Shown piece after piece: positions 1 through 11,167 of a stretch of DNA of 64,000 nt; within the stretch, counting starts at the first letter, position 1, and each line of letters starts with the position of its first letter. The position numbers were made by a program, and so were the translations under genes. The notes below the pieces were generated by a model. It had not been told where the DNA came from and ran no database searches. It saw only the letters and a program-made list of their open reading frames with translations. The DNA is from an uncultured Gaiellaceae bacterium (GTDB taxonomy: Bacteria; Actinomycetota; Thermoleophilia; Gaiellales; Gaiellaceae): assembly GCA_963761905.1 (NCBI GenBank), contig CAVXIQ010000009.1, positions 12,725 through 76,724 on the forward strand, given 5' to 3'.

Positions 1-1
1 C

Positions 2-1111
2 ACCCTCGGCGACGTCTACGACGACCTGCCCGGCAGCGCGAGCCCGCTCGCCGTCTGGCTCGGCAAGGACATCTCCGGCAACGCCGTCTGGGCGGATCTG
101 GCCCGGATGCCGCACATCCTGATCGCCGGCACGACCGGCTCGGGCAAGTCCGGCTGCATCAACACGATCCTGACCTCGATCCTGCTCCGCTCGACCCCGG
201 ACGAGGTGCGGATGATCCTGATCGACCCGAAGCGGATCGAGCTCAACTACTACGAGTCGATCCCGCACCTCCTGACGCCGGTCGTATCGAACCCGAAGGA
301 GGCGAGCGCCGTCCTCACGAACGTCGTCGCCGAGATGGAGCGCCGCTACGAACGGCTCTCGATCGTCCGCGCCCGCAATCTGCCGGAGGCGAACCGGGCG
401 TTCCGCGCGCGCGGGGAGGAGCCGCTCCCGTACCTGCTGGTCGTGATCGACGAGCTGGCCGACCTGATGATGACGAGCCCGCAGATGGTCGAGGACGCGA
501 TCATCCGGCTGGCGCAGAAGTCGCGCGCGGTCGGGATCCACCTCGTGCTCGCGACCCAGCGCCCGTCGGTGGACGTGATCACGGGGATGATCAAGGCGAA
601 CGTGCCGAGCCGGATCGCCTTCGCCGTCTCGAGCATGACCGACTCGCGGGTGATCCTGGACGGCGCCGGCGCCGAGAGCCTGCTGGGCCAGGGCGACATG
701 CTCTTCAAGCCGCTCGGGACGAGCCGGCTGCAGCGCGTCCAGGGCGCCTACGTGAGCGAGGACGAGGTCGCGCTCGTCGTCGAGCAGTGCCGCCACCAGC
801 GCGAGCAGGAGCTCGACGCGTCGCTGCTCGAGGCGCCGGAGACGCTCGCCGACGACGACCTCGATGCCCACGACGGCGACTTCGACCCGGACGAGGATCC
901 CCTGCTCGAGCGGGCGATCGAGATCGTCGTCCAGACGCAGACCGCCTCGGTCTCGCTGATCCAGCGCCGACTTCGCGTCGGCTACACGCGCGCCGGTCGG
1001 CTGATCGACATGCTCGAGCGGCGGGGGATCATCTCGGGCTACGAGGGCTCGAAGCCGCGCCGCGTGCTCGTCGACGAGGCCGAGCTCGAGCGCTTCGTCA
1101 CCGCCTCGTAG
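2..1111 (+). CDS. ftsK: DNA translocase FtsK/SpoIIIE, C-terminal motor and gamma domain (5' end outside window)
   Basis: The frame is open from the window edge. Walker A GTTGSGKS, Walker B LLVVIDELADLMM and ATQRPSVDVITG are present. The C-terminal winged-helix gamma domain reads VSLIQRRLRVGYTRAGRLIDMLE. Confidence 0.95.
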   Translation, partial: TLGDVYDDLPGSASPLAVWLGKDISGNAVWADLARMPHILIAGTTGSGKSGCINTILTSILLRSTPDEVRMILIDPKRIELNYYESIPHLLTPVVSNPKEASAVLTNVVAEMERRYERLSIVRARNLPEANRAFRARGEEPLPYLLVVIDELADLMMTSPQMVEDAIIRLAQKSRAVGIHLVLATQRPSVDVITGMIKANVPSRIAFAVSSMTDSRVILDGAGAESLLGQGDMLFKPLGTSRLQRVQGAYVSEDEVALVVEQCRHQREQELDASLLEAPETLADDDLDAHDGDFDPDEDPLLERAIEIVVQTQTASVSLIQRRLRVGYTRAGRLIDMLERRGIISGYEGSKPRRVLVDEAELERFVTAS

Positions 1112-1215
1112 GCCCGCCCGTCCGCCGCAAACGTAAGGATCTTTCGTTGTCCGCCAACTTGCGGTGTAATCAGGCGTCCAAGTCTCGCGGTGGTTGTGAT
1201 TCCTAAGGAGGGTAT

Positions 1216-2318
1216 GTGAAGGTACGCAAGTTCATGCTGCTCATCGCGGCAGCGCTGATCGCCGTCGTGACGCTCGTCGTCACCGGCACCAGCTCCGCCC
1301 GCCCGGCTGCTTCGGCAGCTTCGACTGCCTCGCCGGCGGTGTCAGTCCGCAGCGGCGCAGGCCCCGTACAAGGTCGCGCTCGTGACCGACGTCGGCGGTC
1401 TCGACGACCGCTCGTTCAACTTCCTCGCCAACAAGGGGCTGATCCAGGACGCGAAGAAGAAGCTCGGCGTCCAGGGCCGCGTCTTCCTCTCGAAGACGGG
1501 CAGCGACTACATCCCGAACCTGTCCACTGCGGCACGTCAGGGCTACAACCTGGTCATCGGCGTCGGGTTCCTGATGGCCGACGTCGGTCGCGACGGTCGC
1601 CAAGGCGTTCCCGAACACGAAGTTCGCGATCATCGACAACAGCGGCCTCGCCAAGGGGCTGAAGGGCAACCCCACGAACGTCCGCGGCCTGCTCTTCCGC
1701 GAGCAGGAGGCCGGCTACCTCGTCGGCTATCTCGCCGCGAAGCAGATCACGGCGAAGCCGTTCGGCGGCAACATCATGCTCGGCGCCGTCGGTGGGCTCA
1801 AGATCCCGCCGGTCGACCGGTTCATCGCCGGCTACTACGAGGGCGCCAAGAAGGCGAATCCGAAGGTCAAGGTCGTGCACGCCTACTCGCAGGACTTCGT
1901 CGACCAGGCGAAGTGCAAGGAGCAGGCGCTGAACATGATCGCGAACGGTGCCGGCGCCGTCTTCCAGGTCGCAGGTAACTGCGGCCTCGGCGTGCTCTCC
2001 GCCGCGAAGGAGCGGGGCGTGTTCGGGATCGGCGTCGACGCCGACCAGGGCTACCTCGGCCAGCACGTGATGACGAGCGCGACGAAGAAGGTCGACGTCG
2101 CCGTGTACGGCACGATCGCCGCCGCGAAGAAGCTCGGTGCGAAGCTGCCCACCAACCGCGACGTGATCTTCAACGTCAAGAGCGGTGGCGTCGGCTACGG
2201 CAAGATCTCGAACCGGGTCTCGCCCGCTCTGAAGCTCCAGGTCGCAGCGATCCAGAGGCAGATCGTCAGCGGCAAGATCGTCGTGCGGGCGCAGGCGCCT
2301 CCGGCGACGACCGGCTAG
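1216..2318 (+). pseudogene. BMP-family (PnrA/Med-like) ABC substrate-binding protein, paralog 1, reading frame broken twice
   Basis: AAGGAGG lies 5 nt before GTG 1216. Signal peptide MKVRKFMLLIAAALIAVVTLVV is in frame 1, KVALVTDVGGLDDRSFNFLANKG in frame 2, and VATVAKAFPNTKFAIIDN...GGLKIPPVDRFIAGYYEGAKKANP...GIGVDADQGYL in frame 3. It is collinear with the intact paralog at 2389-3468. Shifts lie near 1355-1362 and 1573-1577, and the length is 3n+2. Confidence 0.8.
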
Positions 2319-2340
2319 TCGTAAGGCAGCTGTAAGGCCT

Positions 2341-2373
2341 CGGGAGGGGTGGGTTTCGAACCCGCCCCTCCCG
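2341..2373 (+). terminator. GC-rich hairpin between the two BMP paralogs (14-bp stem, 5-nt loop, one G-U pair), no T tract
   Basis: cgggaggggtgggt-ttcga-acccgcccctcccg, 23 nt after the stop at 2318. Confidence 0.45.
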
Positions 2374-2388
2374 GTACGGTTCCTCGAG

Positions 2389-3468
2389 ATGGCACGTCGT
2401 TCCCTGCTTCGGCTCTCGCTGCTCGCCGCGCTGGTCGCGGCGCTCGCGCTGCTCGCAGGCTGCGGCAGCGACGACGACGGCGGCGACGCGAGCGACACCA
2501 CCGCGGCGCCGACACCAACCGAGACGAGCGCTCCGGCCGGTCCGTCGATCAAGGTCGGGCTCGTCACGGACATCGGCGGGCTCGACGACCGCTCCTTCAA
2601 CTTCCTTGCGAACCAGGGTCTCGAGCGCGCCAAGGAGCAGCTCGGGATCGAGGGGCGCGTGCTCGTCTCGCGCGCCAACTCCGACTACGTGCCGAACCTC
2701 TCGGCGCTCGCGAAGCAGGACTACGACCTGATCGTCGGGGTCGGCTTCCTGATGGCGGAGTCGGTCGAGACGGTCGCCGAGCAGTTCCCGGAGATCGACT
2801 TCGCGATCATCGACTTCTCGCAGGCGGCGATGGAGTCGAAGCCCGCGAACGTGCGCGGGCTCCTCTTCAAGGAGCAGGAGGCGGGCTACCTGGTCGGCTA
2901 TCTCGCCGGGCTGCTGGCCGCCGAGTCCGCCGGCGCGAATCAGACGATCAGCTCGGTCGGCGGCCAGAAGATCCCGCCGGTCGACCGCTACATCGCCGGC
3001 TTCCAGGCTGGGGCGAAGAAGGCCAACGCTCGCGTCAAGACGCTGAACGGCTACTCGCAGGACTTCGTCGACCAGGCGAAGTGCAAGGAGATCGCGCTCA
3101 ACCAGATCGCGCGCGGCTCGTCGGTCGTCTTCCAGGTCGCCGGCCAGTGCGGCCTCGGAGCGCTGAACGCCGCCAAGGAGCAGAACGTGAGCGGGATCGG
3201 GGTCGACGCCGACCAGGGCTACCTCGGCGAGCACGTGGTCACGAGCGCGCTCAAGAAGGTCGACGTCGCTGTCTTCCAGACGATTCAGGCGGTGCAGGAC
3301 GAGAGCTTCGCGGGCGGGGAGGACTCGATCTTCGACGTCGCCTCGGGCGGGGTCGGCCTCGGCGAGATCGCGGCCAGCGTCCCCGCGGAGGTCGTGACGA
3401 AGGTGAAGCGCGTCCAGGAGCAGATCGCCGCAGGCGAGCTCACGGACATTCCCGAGACCGTCGGCTAG
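2389..3468 (+). CDS. BMP-family ABC substrate-binding lipoprotein, paralog 2 (purine-nucleoside-receptor-like)
   Basis: Lipobox LALLAGC. Motifs KVGLVTDIGGLDDRSFNF, GGQKIPPVDRYIAGFQAGAKKAN and GIGVDADQGYL. The 359-aa ORF is intact. Confidence 0.9.
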   Translation: MARRSLLRLSLLAALVAALALLAGCGSDDDGGDASDTTAAPTPTETSAPAGPSIKVGLVTDIGGLDDRSFNFLANQGLERAKEQLGIEGRVLVSRANSDYVPNLSALAKQDYDLIVGVGFLMAESVETVAEQFPEIDFAIIDFSQAAMESKPANVRGLLFKEQEAGYLVGYLAGLLAAESAGANQTISSVGGQKIPPVDRYIAGFQAGAKKANARVKTLNGYSQDFVDQAKCKEIALNQIARGSSVVFQVAGQCGLGALNAAKEQNVSGIGVDADQGYLGEHVVTSALKKVDVAVFQTIQAVQDESFAGGEDSIFDVASGGVGLGEIAASVPAEVVTKVKRVQEQIAAGELTDIPETVG

Positions 3469-3542
3469 CGCGTAGCTCGTCTCGCGCGTCTCGCTCCGGT
3501 CGGACTGCTGAGCACCCGCCCCAGCGTCATACGAATCGGCCG

Positions 3543-5077
3543 GTGGACGACGAGCGGTCAGTTGTTCTCGAGCTCCGCGGGATCACGAAGCGCTTCCCGG
3601 GCATCGTTGCCAACGACGACGTCAGCTTCGACCTGCGGCGGGGCGAGGTTCACGCGCTCCTCGGCGAGAACGGGGCGGGTAAGTCGACGCTGATGAACGT
3701 CCTCTACGGGCTCTACACGCCCGAGGAGGGAGAGATTCGAATCAAGGGCACGCCGACGCGGATGAGCTCGCCCAGCGACGCGATCGAGGCCGGGATCGGG
3801 ATGGTGCACCAGCACTTCATGCTGATCCCGGTGATGACCGTGGCGGAGAACATCGTCCTCGCGAACGAGCCGACCCGCGAGAAGGTGCTGCTCGACTACG
3901 ACGCGGCCGCGCAGCGGGTGCGCGATCTCTCCGACACGTTCAAGTTCAGGATCGACCCGACCGCGCGCGTCGAGGACATCACGGTCGGCCAGCAGCAGCG
4001 GGTCGAGATCCTGAAGGCGCTCTACCGGAACGCGGACATCCTGATCCTCGACGAGCCGACTGCGGTGCTGACGCCGCAGGAGGCGCACGAGCTCTTCGAG
4101 ATCCTCGCGACCCTGACGCGCGAGGGCATGTCGATCATCTTCATCAGCCACAAGCTGAACGAGGTGACGGAGATCGCCGACCGGATCACCGTCCTGCGCC
4201 GCGGCAAGAAGATCGAGACGCTGCCGGCTGCGGGCGCGACCGAGGAGAGCCTCGCGCGGCTGATGGTCGGCCGCGAGGTGCTGCTGCACGTGGAGAAGAG
4301 CGCGTCGACGCCGGCCGCGCCGCTGCTCGAGATCCACGACCTGCACGTGACCGACGACCGCGGGATCGAGAAGGTGCGGGGACTCTCGCTCGAGGTCCGG
4401 GGCGGCGAGATCGTCGGGCTCGCCGGGGTGGACGGGAACGGCCAGACGGAGCTGATCGACGCGATCGCGGGCCTTCAGAGGTCGGATTCCGGTCGGATCC
4501 TCGTCGGCGGCGAGGACATCACGAACGAGCCCGCCAAGAACTGCCTCGACGCGGGGCTCGGGCACATCCCGGAAGACCGGCAGCGCCGCGGGCTCGTGCT
4601 CGACTTCTCGCTGGCCGAGAATCTCGCGCTCCACGACTACGACTCGCCGCCGGCTTCGCGGTTCGGCTGGCTCTTCCCGAAGCGGCTCGTCGCAGCGGGC
4701 GCGGACGCTGCTCCAGCAGTTCGACGTCCGCGGCGGCGGCCCGCAGACGCGGGCGGCCGGGCTCTCGGGCGGCAACCAGCAGAAGGTGGTGCTGGCGCGC
4801 GAGATCGACCGGAATCCGAGCGTCCTGATCGCGGCGCAGCCGACGCGCGGCCTGGACGTCGGCGCGATCGAGTTCGTCCATCGCCGCCTCGTCGAGGAGC
4901 GCGACGCGGGTCGCGCCGTCCTCCTCGTCTCCCTCGAGCTGGACGAGATCCTCTCGCTCTCCGACCGGATCCTCGTCATCTACGAGGGTGAGATCGTGGG
5001 CGAGTACGCCCCGGGCGTCTCCGAAGAGGAGCTCGGCGTCGCGATGACCGGCGGCGGCCGCAAGGAAGCCGGCGTGA
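3543..5077 (+). pseudogene. Duplicated-ATPase ABC transporter subunit (nucleoside/sugar type), frame broken; 3' end uncertain
   Basis: GTG at 3543; LELRGITKRFPGIVANDDVSF, Walker A GENGAGKST, second half GVDGNGQTEL, signature LSGGNQQKVVLAREI. Frame 3 changes to frame 1 near 4684-4700. Frame 1 has no stop until 5661, so a further shift into the TGA at 5075-5077 is inferred. Length is 3n+2. Confidence 0.8.
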
Positions 5078-6377
5078 CGGAGAGGCCCGAGCGCGACTCC
5101 TCCAGAGGGCGGCGGCAAGGTCGAGAACCCGCGCGAGGGCGGCGACTACGCCCCGAGCGTCGCGAGGCGGCTCGCGATCAGCCAGAAGGCCGGCGGGATC
5201 GCCGTGCCGCTGCTGACGACGCTCCTCGCCTTCTTCATCGGCGGCCTCGTCGTCCTCGCGACGACGGGGAAGAACCCGCTCACGACCTACAAGGCGATCT
5301 TCGAGGGCTCCGGGCTCAACTGGTTCCTCGAGGTGGGCTCGTACGAGATCGGGATCCCCTTCACCGAATCGCGCGTCTGGTTCCCGTGGGACACGTCGTT
5401 CGACTCCTTCGCCGCGCTGAATCTCCAGCAGACGCTGATCGCCTACGTGCCGCTCGTCCTCACCGGGCTCGCGGTCGCGTTCGCCTTCCGCTGCGGGATG
5501 TTCAACATCGGCGGCCAGGGCCAGTACCTCGTCGGCTCGATCATGGCCGTCTGGGTTGGCTCGGAGCTGCCGAGCCTCCCTGGGCTCCTGCACATCCTGC
5601 TCGCCGTCGTCGCGGGAGCCCTCGTCGGCGCGGCCTGGGCCGGGAATCGCCGGGCTCCTGAAGGCGACGGTCGGAGCGCACGAGGTGATCTCGACGATCA
5701 TGCTCAACTACATCGCCCTCTGGGTGGGCGTCTTCTTCTTCGGGCTCGGCGGACCGCTCCAGAACGACAACCCGGGCGGCGAATCCGTGCCCGTCTCCAA
5801 CGACGTCCTCGACGAGGCGAAGCTGAACGTCTTCTGGGGCGATCCGCTGCTCCAGGGCCTCCACGTCGGCTTCTTCGTCGCCCTCGCGGCGCTCGTCGTC
5901 TACTGGATCACGCTGAACCGGACGACGCTCGGCTACGAGGTGCGGGCGGTCGGGTTCAACCCGGAGGCCGCACGCTACGGCGGGATCTCGGTCGCGCGGA
6001 ACTACGTGCTCGCGATGGGGATCTCCGGCACCTTCGCCGGGCTCGCCGGGGCACTCGACATCCTCGGCTGGCAGTTCCGCCTGAACACGAACGACATCCT
6101 CACCACCACGGTCGGGTTCACCGGGATCGCGGTTGCCCTGCTCGGACGGAACACGGCGGTCGGCGTCGGCCTGTCCGCCCTGCTCTTCGCGGCCCTGACC
6201 GTCGGGACCTCGACCCGGAACCTCGATCCAGAGATCTTCCGGCCGGAGCTCGCCTCGAATCTGACCGTCATGATCCAGGGTCTCGTCGTGCTCTTCGTCG
6301 GCGCCGACGTGCTCATCCTCTACCTGCTCGGAACCCGCCGACGGGCGCGGCAACGACACGCGAGGGTGCAGGAATGA
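5074..6377 (+). pseudogene. ABC transporter permease 1 (BMP-type importer), frame broken
   Basis: TM-rich LLTTLLAFFIGGLVVLATTG...FRCGMFNIGGQGQYLVGSI is in frame 2; IAGLLKATVGAHEVISTIMLNYIALWVGV...GFTGIAVALLGRN is in frame 3. An extra A lies near 5645-5646. The N-terminus is assumed at the GTGA overlap 5074 (inference). Confidence 0.75.
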
Positions 6378-7568
6378 TCGAGCGCCTGCGCGCGCGCCTG
6401 CCGCGTGGAGCCCGTGCGTACGCCGTCGCCGGCATCCTCGCCGGTCTCGCGGCGTTCTGGCTGACGCTGCCGCCGTTGCACGTCCGCACGCCGATCTTCT
6501 CGGTCCTGCTCGGGCTCGTCGCGATCGGGCTCGGCTGCTACGCCGTCGCGCGCGACGCCAAGCGGTTGGGCTGGGGCGCCATCGTCGCCGGGGCGGCGGG
6601 GATCGGGTTCGGCTATCTCGCGACCCGGTCGAGCGTCGCCCATCTCGACCAGGTCGTCGTCTGGTCGGCGCTCTTCGCCGCCATGCTCCGCTACGCGACT
6701 CCGCTCGCGTTCGCGGCGATGGGTGGGATCTTCTCCGAGCGCAGCGGCGTCACGAACATCGGGCTCGAGGGGATGATGCTCTCCGGCGCCTTCTTCGGGA
6801 TCCTCGCCGCCGACAAGCTCGAGTCGTGGCAGCTCGGGCTCGGGGTCGCCGCGCTCTCCGGCGCGCTCTTCGCGCTCGTGCACGCGTTCTTCGCGATCCA
6901 CCTGCGCGCAGACCAGATCGTCGGCGGGTTCGCGATCAACTTCCTGGCGCTCGGCGTGACGGGCTACCTGTTCATCGACATCTACGGCGGCGAAGGGACA
7001 CCCCCGGACATCCCGGAGATCCCCGACGTCCACCTCTCGTTCCTCAAGGACTGGTACTTCATCGGCCCGATCTTCGGCCAGCTGAACCTGATGATCTGGC
7101 TCGCGCTCGCAACCGTCGTCGCTCTCCTGGCTCGTGCTCTTCAAGACCCCGATCGGCTTGCGCCTTCGAGCCGTCGGCGAGCATCCGCGCGCGGCCGACA
7201 CGGTCGGGATCTCGGTCTACCGGATGCGCTACGCGGCGGTCGTGCTCTCGGGCGCGCTCGCCGCGCTCGGAGGCGCGTACCTCTCGATCGGCTTCGTCAA
7301 CTCCTTCAACCAGAACATGACCGCCGGACGGGGGTTCATCGCGCTCGCCGTCGTGATCTGCGGCAACTGGCGACCGTTCCAGGCGGCCGCGTTCGCGCTG
7401 CTCTTCGGCTTCTCGAGCGCGCTTGCCCAGCGCCTGCCGGCGTACTCGGAGTCGGCCGCGGTGCTCTTCCAGGCGCTGCCCTACGTGCTTACGTTGATCG
7501 CGGTCGCCGGCGTGATCGGCCGCTCGATCCCGCCCGCCGCGGTTGGTCGTCCCTACCAGAAGCAGTAG
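6374..7568 (+). pseudogene. ABC transporter permease 2 (BMP-type importer), frame broken once
   Basis: ATG 6374 overlaps the stop of permease 1. Motifs GGIFSERSGVTNIGLEGMML, then after a shift near 7118-7128 LVLFKTPIGLRLRAVGEHPRAADTVGI...GRGFIALAVVICGNW. Length is 3n+1. Confidence 0.8.
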
Positions 7569-7569
7569 C

Positions 7570-7900
7570 GGGGCTCCACGCCCCGGCAGCGCCTGGCTCG
7601 CCGTCGCTCGTCGGCCTGCTCTCGCTGGCCGCCCTGCCGGCAGCGATCGTCGCGACCCGCTGGTCCGAGGCGTACGAGCTGATCGACTCGGCGGCGGCGA
7701 TCCCGGCGGCGATCCTGCTGGGGATCGTCGCGATCGTCCTGGCCCGCCGCGCACGGTCGCGCGGTCAGCGGTCGCTCGCGGGAGCGCGGCCGTCGCGCAC
7801 GGCTCGCGTCGGTCGGTTCCTCGGTGATCACCGGGCTCCTCGTCGGGATCACCGGCGCGATGGCGATCGGCGTCTTCCTGATCCTCTCCGCGGTCGATTA
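7570..7900 (+). pseudogene. Small multi-TM membrane protein remnant; no clean start and the frame changes near 7800
   Basis: Frame 2 gives LVGLLSLAALPAAIVATRWSEAYELIDSAAAIPAAILLGIVAIVLARRA. Frame 3 gives SVITGLLVGITGAMAIGVFLILSAVD followed by a stop at 7898-7900. Confidence 0.3.
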
Positions 7901-7933
7901 GGAAGGCGTCGCAGACCCCGGTACCATCCCTGC

Positions 7934-8674
7934 GTGTTCGAGATCGGAAACAGCCTCCGTGAGGCTCGCCTTCGCCAGCAACTCGACTTTCCGGAGGCCG
8001 AGCACGGGACGAAGATTCGCTCCAAGTACCTCCGCGCACTCGAGGAGGAGCGGTTCGAGGTGCTTCCCTCGCACACATACGTCAAGGGATTCCTCCGCTC
8101 GTACGCCGAGTATCTGGGGCTCGACGGGCAGCTCTACGTGGACGAGTACAACTCGCGCTTCGTCGTCGGCGACGAGGATCTGCCGCTCCGGACGCGCCGC
8201 GTGCCGGCCGATCGGCGCCGCCGGAACGAGCGCCGCGAGTCGAACGTCGTCCTGCTGGCCCTCGTCGCGATCGGGATCCTGACCGCGCTCGTGATCGCCG
8301 CCTGGCGCTTCGGAGGCGCGGAGCCCCAGAACGTCCGCGGCCTGCAGCCCGCCGCGACCACCAAGCGCTCGACGCCGGCTCCGGCTCCCGCGTCGCAGCC
8401 CGCCGGCACGGCCCGGCTCGAGGTGATCGCGACCAGAGGAGATTCCTTCGTCGTCGCTCGTCGGAGCAGCGCGATCGGCAAGGTGGAGTACAGCGGCACC
8501 GTCGAACGAGGCCAGAAGCAGCGGTTCGTCGGCAAGCTCCTCTGGATTCAGGTGCGCTCGCCCGGCAACGTCGTCGTCAAGCGGAACGGGAATCGCGTCA
8601 AGCTCCCGCCTGCGGCGAAGACCCGCGGCGTCTTCGTCACCGCCAAGCGCATCTTCGTCGCCGACCCCGATTAG
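7934..8674 (+). CDS. RodZ-like protein: N-terminal XRE-type HTH, one TM helix, C-terminal DUF4115-like domain
   Basis: GTG at 7934. HTH FEIGNSLREARLRQQLDFPEAEHGTKIRSKYLRALEEERFEVLPSHTYVKGFLRSYAEYLGL, TM VVLLALVAIGILTALVIAAW, and a beta-rich tail. Confidence 0.7.
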   Translation: MFEIGNSLREARLRQQLDFPEAEHGTKIRSKYLRALEEERFEVLPSHTYVKGFLRSYAEYLGLDGQLYVDEYNSRFVVGDEDLPLRTRRVPADRRRRNERRESNVVLLALVAIGILTALVIAAWRFGGAEPQNVRGLQPAATTKRSTPAPAPASQPAGTARLEVIATRGDSFVVARRSSAIGKVEYSGTVERGQKQRFVGKLLWIQVRSPGNVVVKRNGNRVKLPPAAKTRGVFVTAKRIFVADPD

Positions 8675-8684
8675 CTCGGCTCGA

Positions 8685-9950
8685 GTGAGCCGCCGGCGCC
8701 CCCGCGCGGTCGTCGTCGTGACGGGGAGTGAGCTCGTCCGCGGCGAGCGAACCGACCTGAACGGCCCATTCCTTGCTCGGTCGCTGCTTGCGCTCGGGCT
8801 GGAGCCGGCCCGGATCAACATCGTGGGCGACGACCCGGACGAGCTCGAGTCGGCGATCCGGGAGGCACTCGCCGAGGCCGATCTCGTCGCCGTCTCGGGC
8901 GGGCTCGGCCCGACGCACGACGATCGCACGGTGGAGGTCGTGGCGCGCGTCGCTGGGCTCGAGCTCGAGGTTCGCCCCGAGCTCGAAGCCGAGATCGAGG
9001 CCGTCTCCAGGGCGGTCGCCGAGAGAATGCGCCGCGCCTACACCGACTTCTCCGCGGGCGTCCGCAAACAGGCGACCGCGCCGGCTGGCGCGATCTCGCT
9101 CGGGCTCGCCGGGACCGCGCCGGGGCTTGTCGTCGAGGTGGCGGGGACGCCCGTCGTCGTCCTGCCTGGGCCGCCGTCGGAGCTGCAACGACTCTGGCCG
9201 AATGCGCTCGCGACGCCAGTCGTCCGGCGCGTCCTCGACGGCGGCGAGCCTCCGCTGCGACGGACGCTGCGGCTCTTCGGAGCAGGCGAGTCGACGGTTG
9301 CCCAGGCATTCGCCGACGCGGGGGGCGACGGCGATGGCCTGGAGGTGACGATTTGCGCGCGCGACTTCGAGGTCGTCGTGGAGATCCTGGCCGAGCCCGC
9401 AGCCCAGGAGCGCGCGGAGCACCTGACCGCGGCGCTCGGCGAGCGCCTCGAGCGCTACCTCTACTCCGTCGACGGGCAAACCGTCGAGCAGGTCGTCCTC
9501 CAGCTCTGTCGCGACCGCGGGCTCACCCTCGCCACGGCCGAATCCTGCACCGGCGGCCTGATCGTGGCGCGGCTGACCGCGGTTCCCGGCTTCAGCGCGA
9601 CGACGCTGGGCGGGATCGTCGCCTATTCGAACGAGCTGAAGGAGCGGGAGCTCGGGGTGCCGGCGGAGCTGATCGCCGAGCACGGCGCGGTCTCGGCCGA
9701 GGTCGCCGAGGCGATGGCGCACGGGGCCCGGGAACGGCTGGGAGTCGACGTCTCGGTGGCGGTAACGGGTGTGGCCGGCCCCGGCGGCGGCACCGAGGAG
9801 AAGCCGGTCGGCCTCGTCTACTTCCACGCGGTCTCGCCGGAGGGCGGTAAGGGCTCCTCGTTCAGCTTTCCCGGCGATCGCGACTCGATCCGCCGGCGCT
9901 CCGCCGTCGCCGCTCTGCACCTCGTCCGGCGGCTCCTGACGCAGAGCTGA
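8685..9950 (+). CDS. cinA: Competence/damage-inducible protein CinA (MoCF-like domain plus PncC nicotinamide-nucleotide amidase domain)
   Basis: VVVTGSELVRGERTDLNGPFL, GGLGPTHDDRT, and C-terminal LATAESCTGGLIVARLT...VAVTGVAGPGGG. Confidence 0.92.
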   Translation: MSRRRPRAVVVVTGSELVRGERTDLNGPFLARSLLALGLEPARINIVGDDPDELESAIREALAEADLVAVSGGLGPTHDDRTVEVVARVAGLELEVRPELEAEIEAVSRAVAERMRRAYTDFSAGVRKQATAPAGAISLGLAGTAPGLVVEVAGTPVVVLPGPPSELQRLWPNALATPVVRRVLDGGEPPLRRTLRLFGAGESTVAQAFADAGGDGDGLEVTICARDFEVVVEILAEPAAQERAEHLTAALGERLERYLYSVDGQTVEQVVLQLCRDRGLTLATAESCTGGLIVARLTAVPGFSATTLGGIVAYSNELKERELGVPAELIAEHGAVSAEVAEAMAHGARERLGVDVSVAVTGVAGPGGGTEEKPVGLVYFHAVSPEGGKGSSFSFPGDRDSIRRRSAVAALHLVRRLLTQS

Positions 9951-9967
9951 CACAGAGTTGACACAGA
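9948..9967. repeat. Direct repeat TGACACAGA x2 with 11-nt period, between the cinA stop and recA
   Basis: tgacacaga-gt-tgacacaga. The first copy starts with the cinA stop codon. Confidence 0.6.
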
Positions 9968-10079
9968 ATCGCCGCGAAGCCTGGTCGGCTCGTGGCTAGC
10001 GTGGGCCCATGCCGTCCGATCCGACTGCTTTGCTTCTCAGTCCGCGCCGCTTGAACACCGAAGCTTGGAGGCCAAGACC

Positions 10080-11162
<1,083 letters not shown>

Positions 11163-11167
11163 TCCCG

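Noticed and set aside
2341-2373. GGGTTTCGAACCC looked like a tRNA T arm
   Set aside because: No acceptor, D or anticodon arms can be built around it. It is simply the loop region of a 14-bp hairpin between two genes.
2349-4991. 880-aa ORF that seems to start upstream of the second BMP gene
   Set aside because: The first ~400 residues (RRRRRR-rich) overlap the well-supported BMP paralog 2 in another frame. Only the part from GTG 3543 onward is the ABC ATPase.
5204-8674. 1156-aa ORF spanning four genes
   Set aside because: It is a chimera. Real segments of permease 1, permease 2, the small membrane ORF and the RodZ-like gene happen to share frame 2 with no intervening stops, and the Arg/Pro-rich stretches between them are out-of-frame readings of the permeases.
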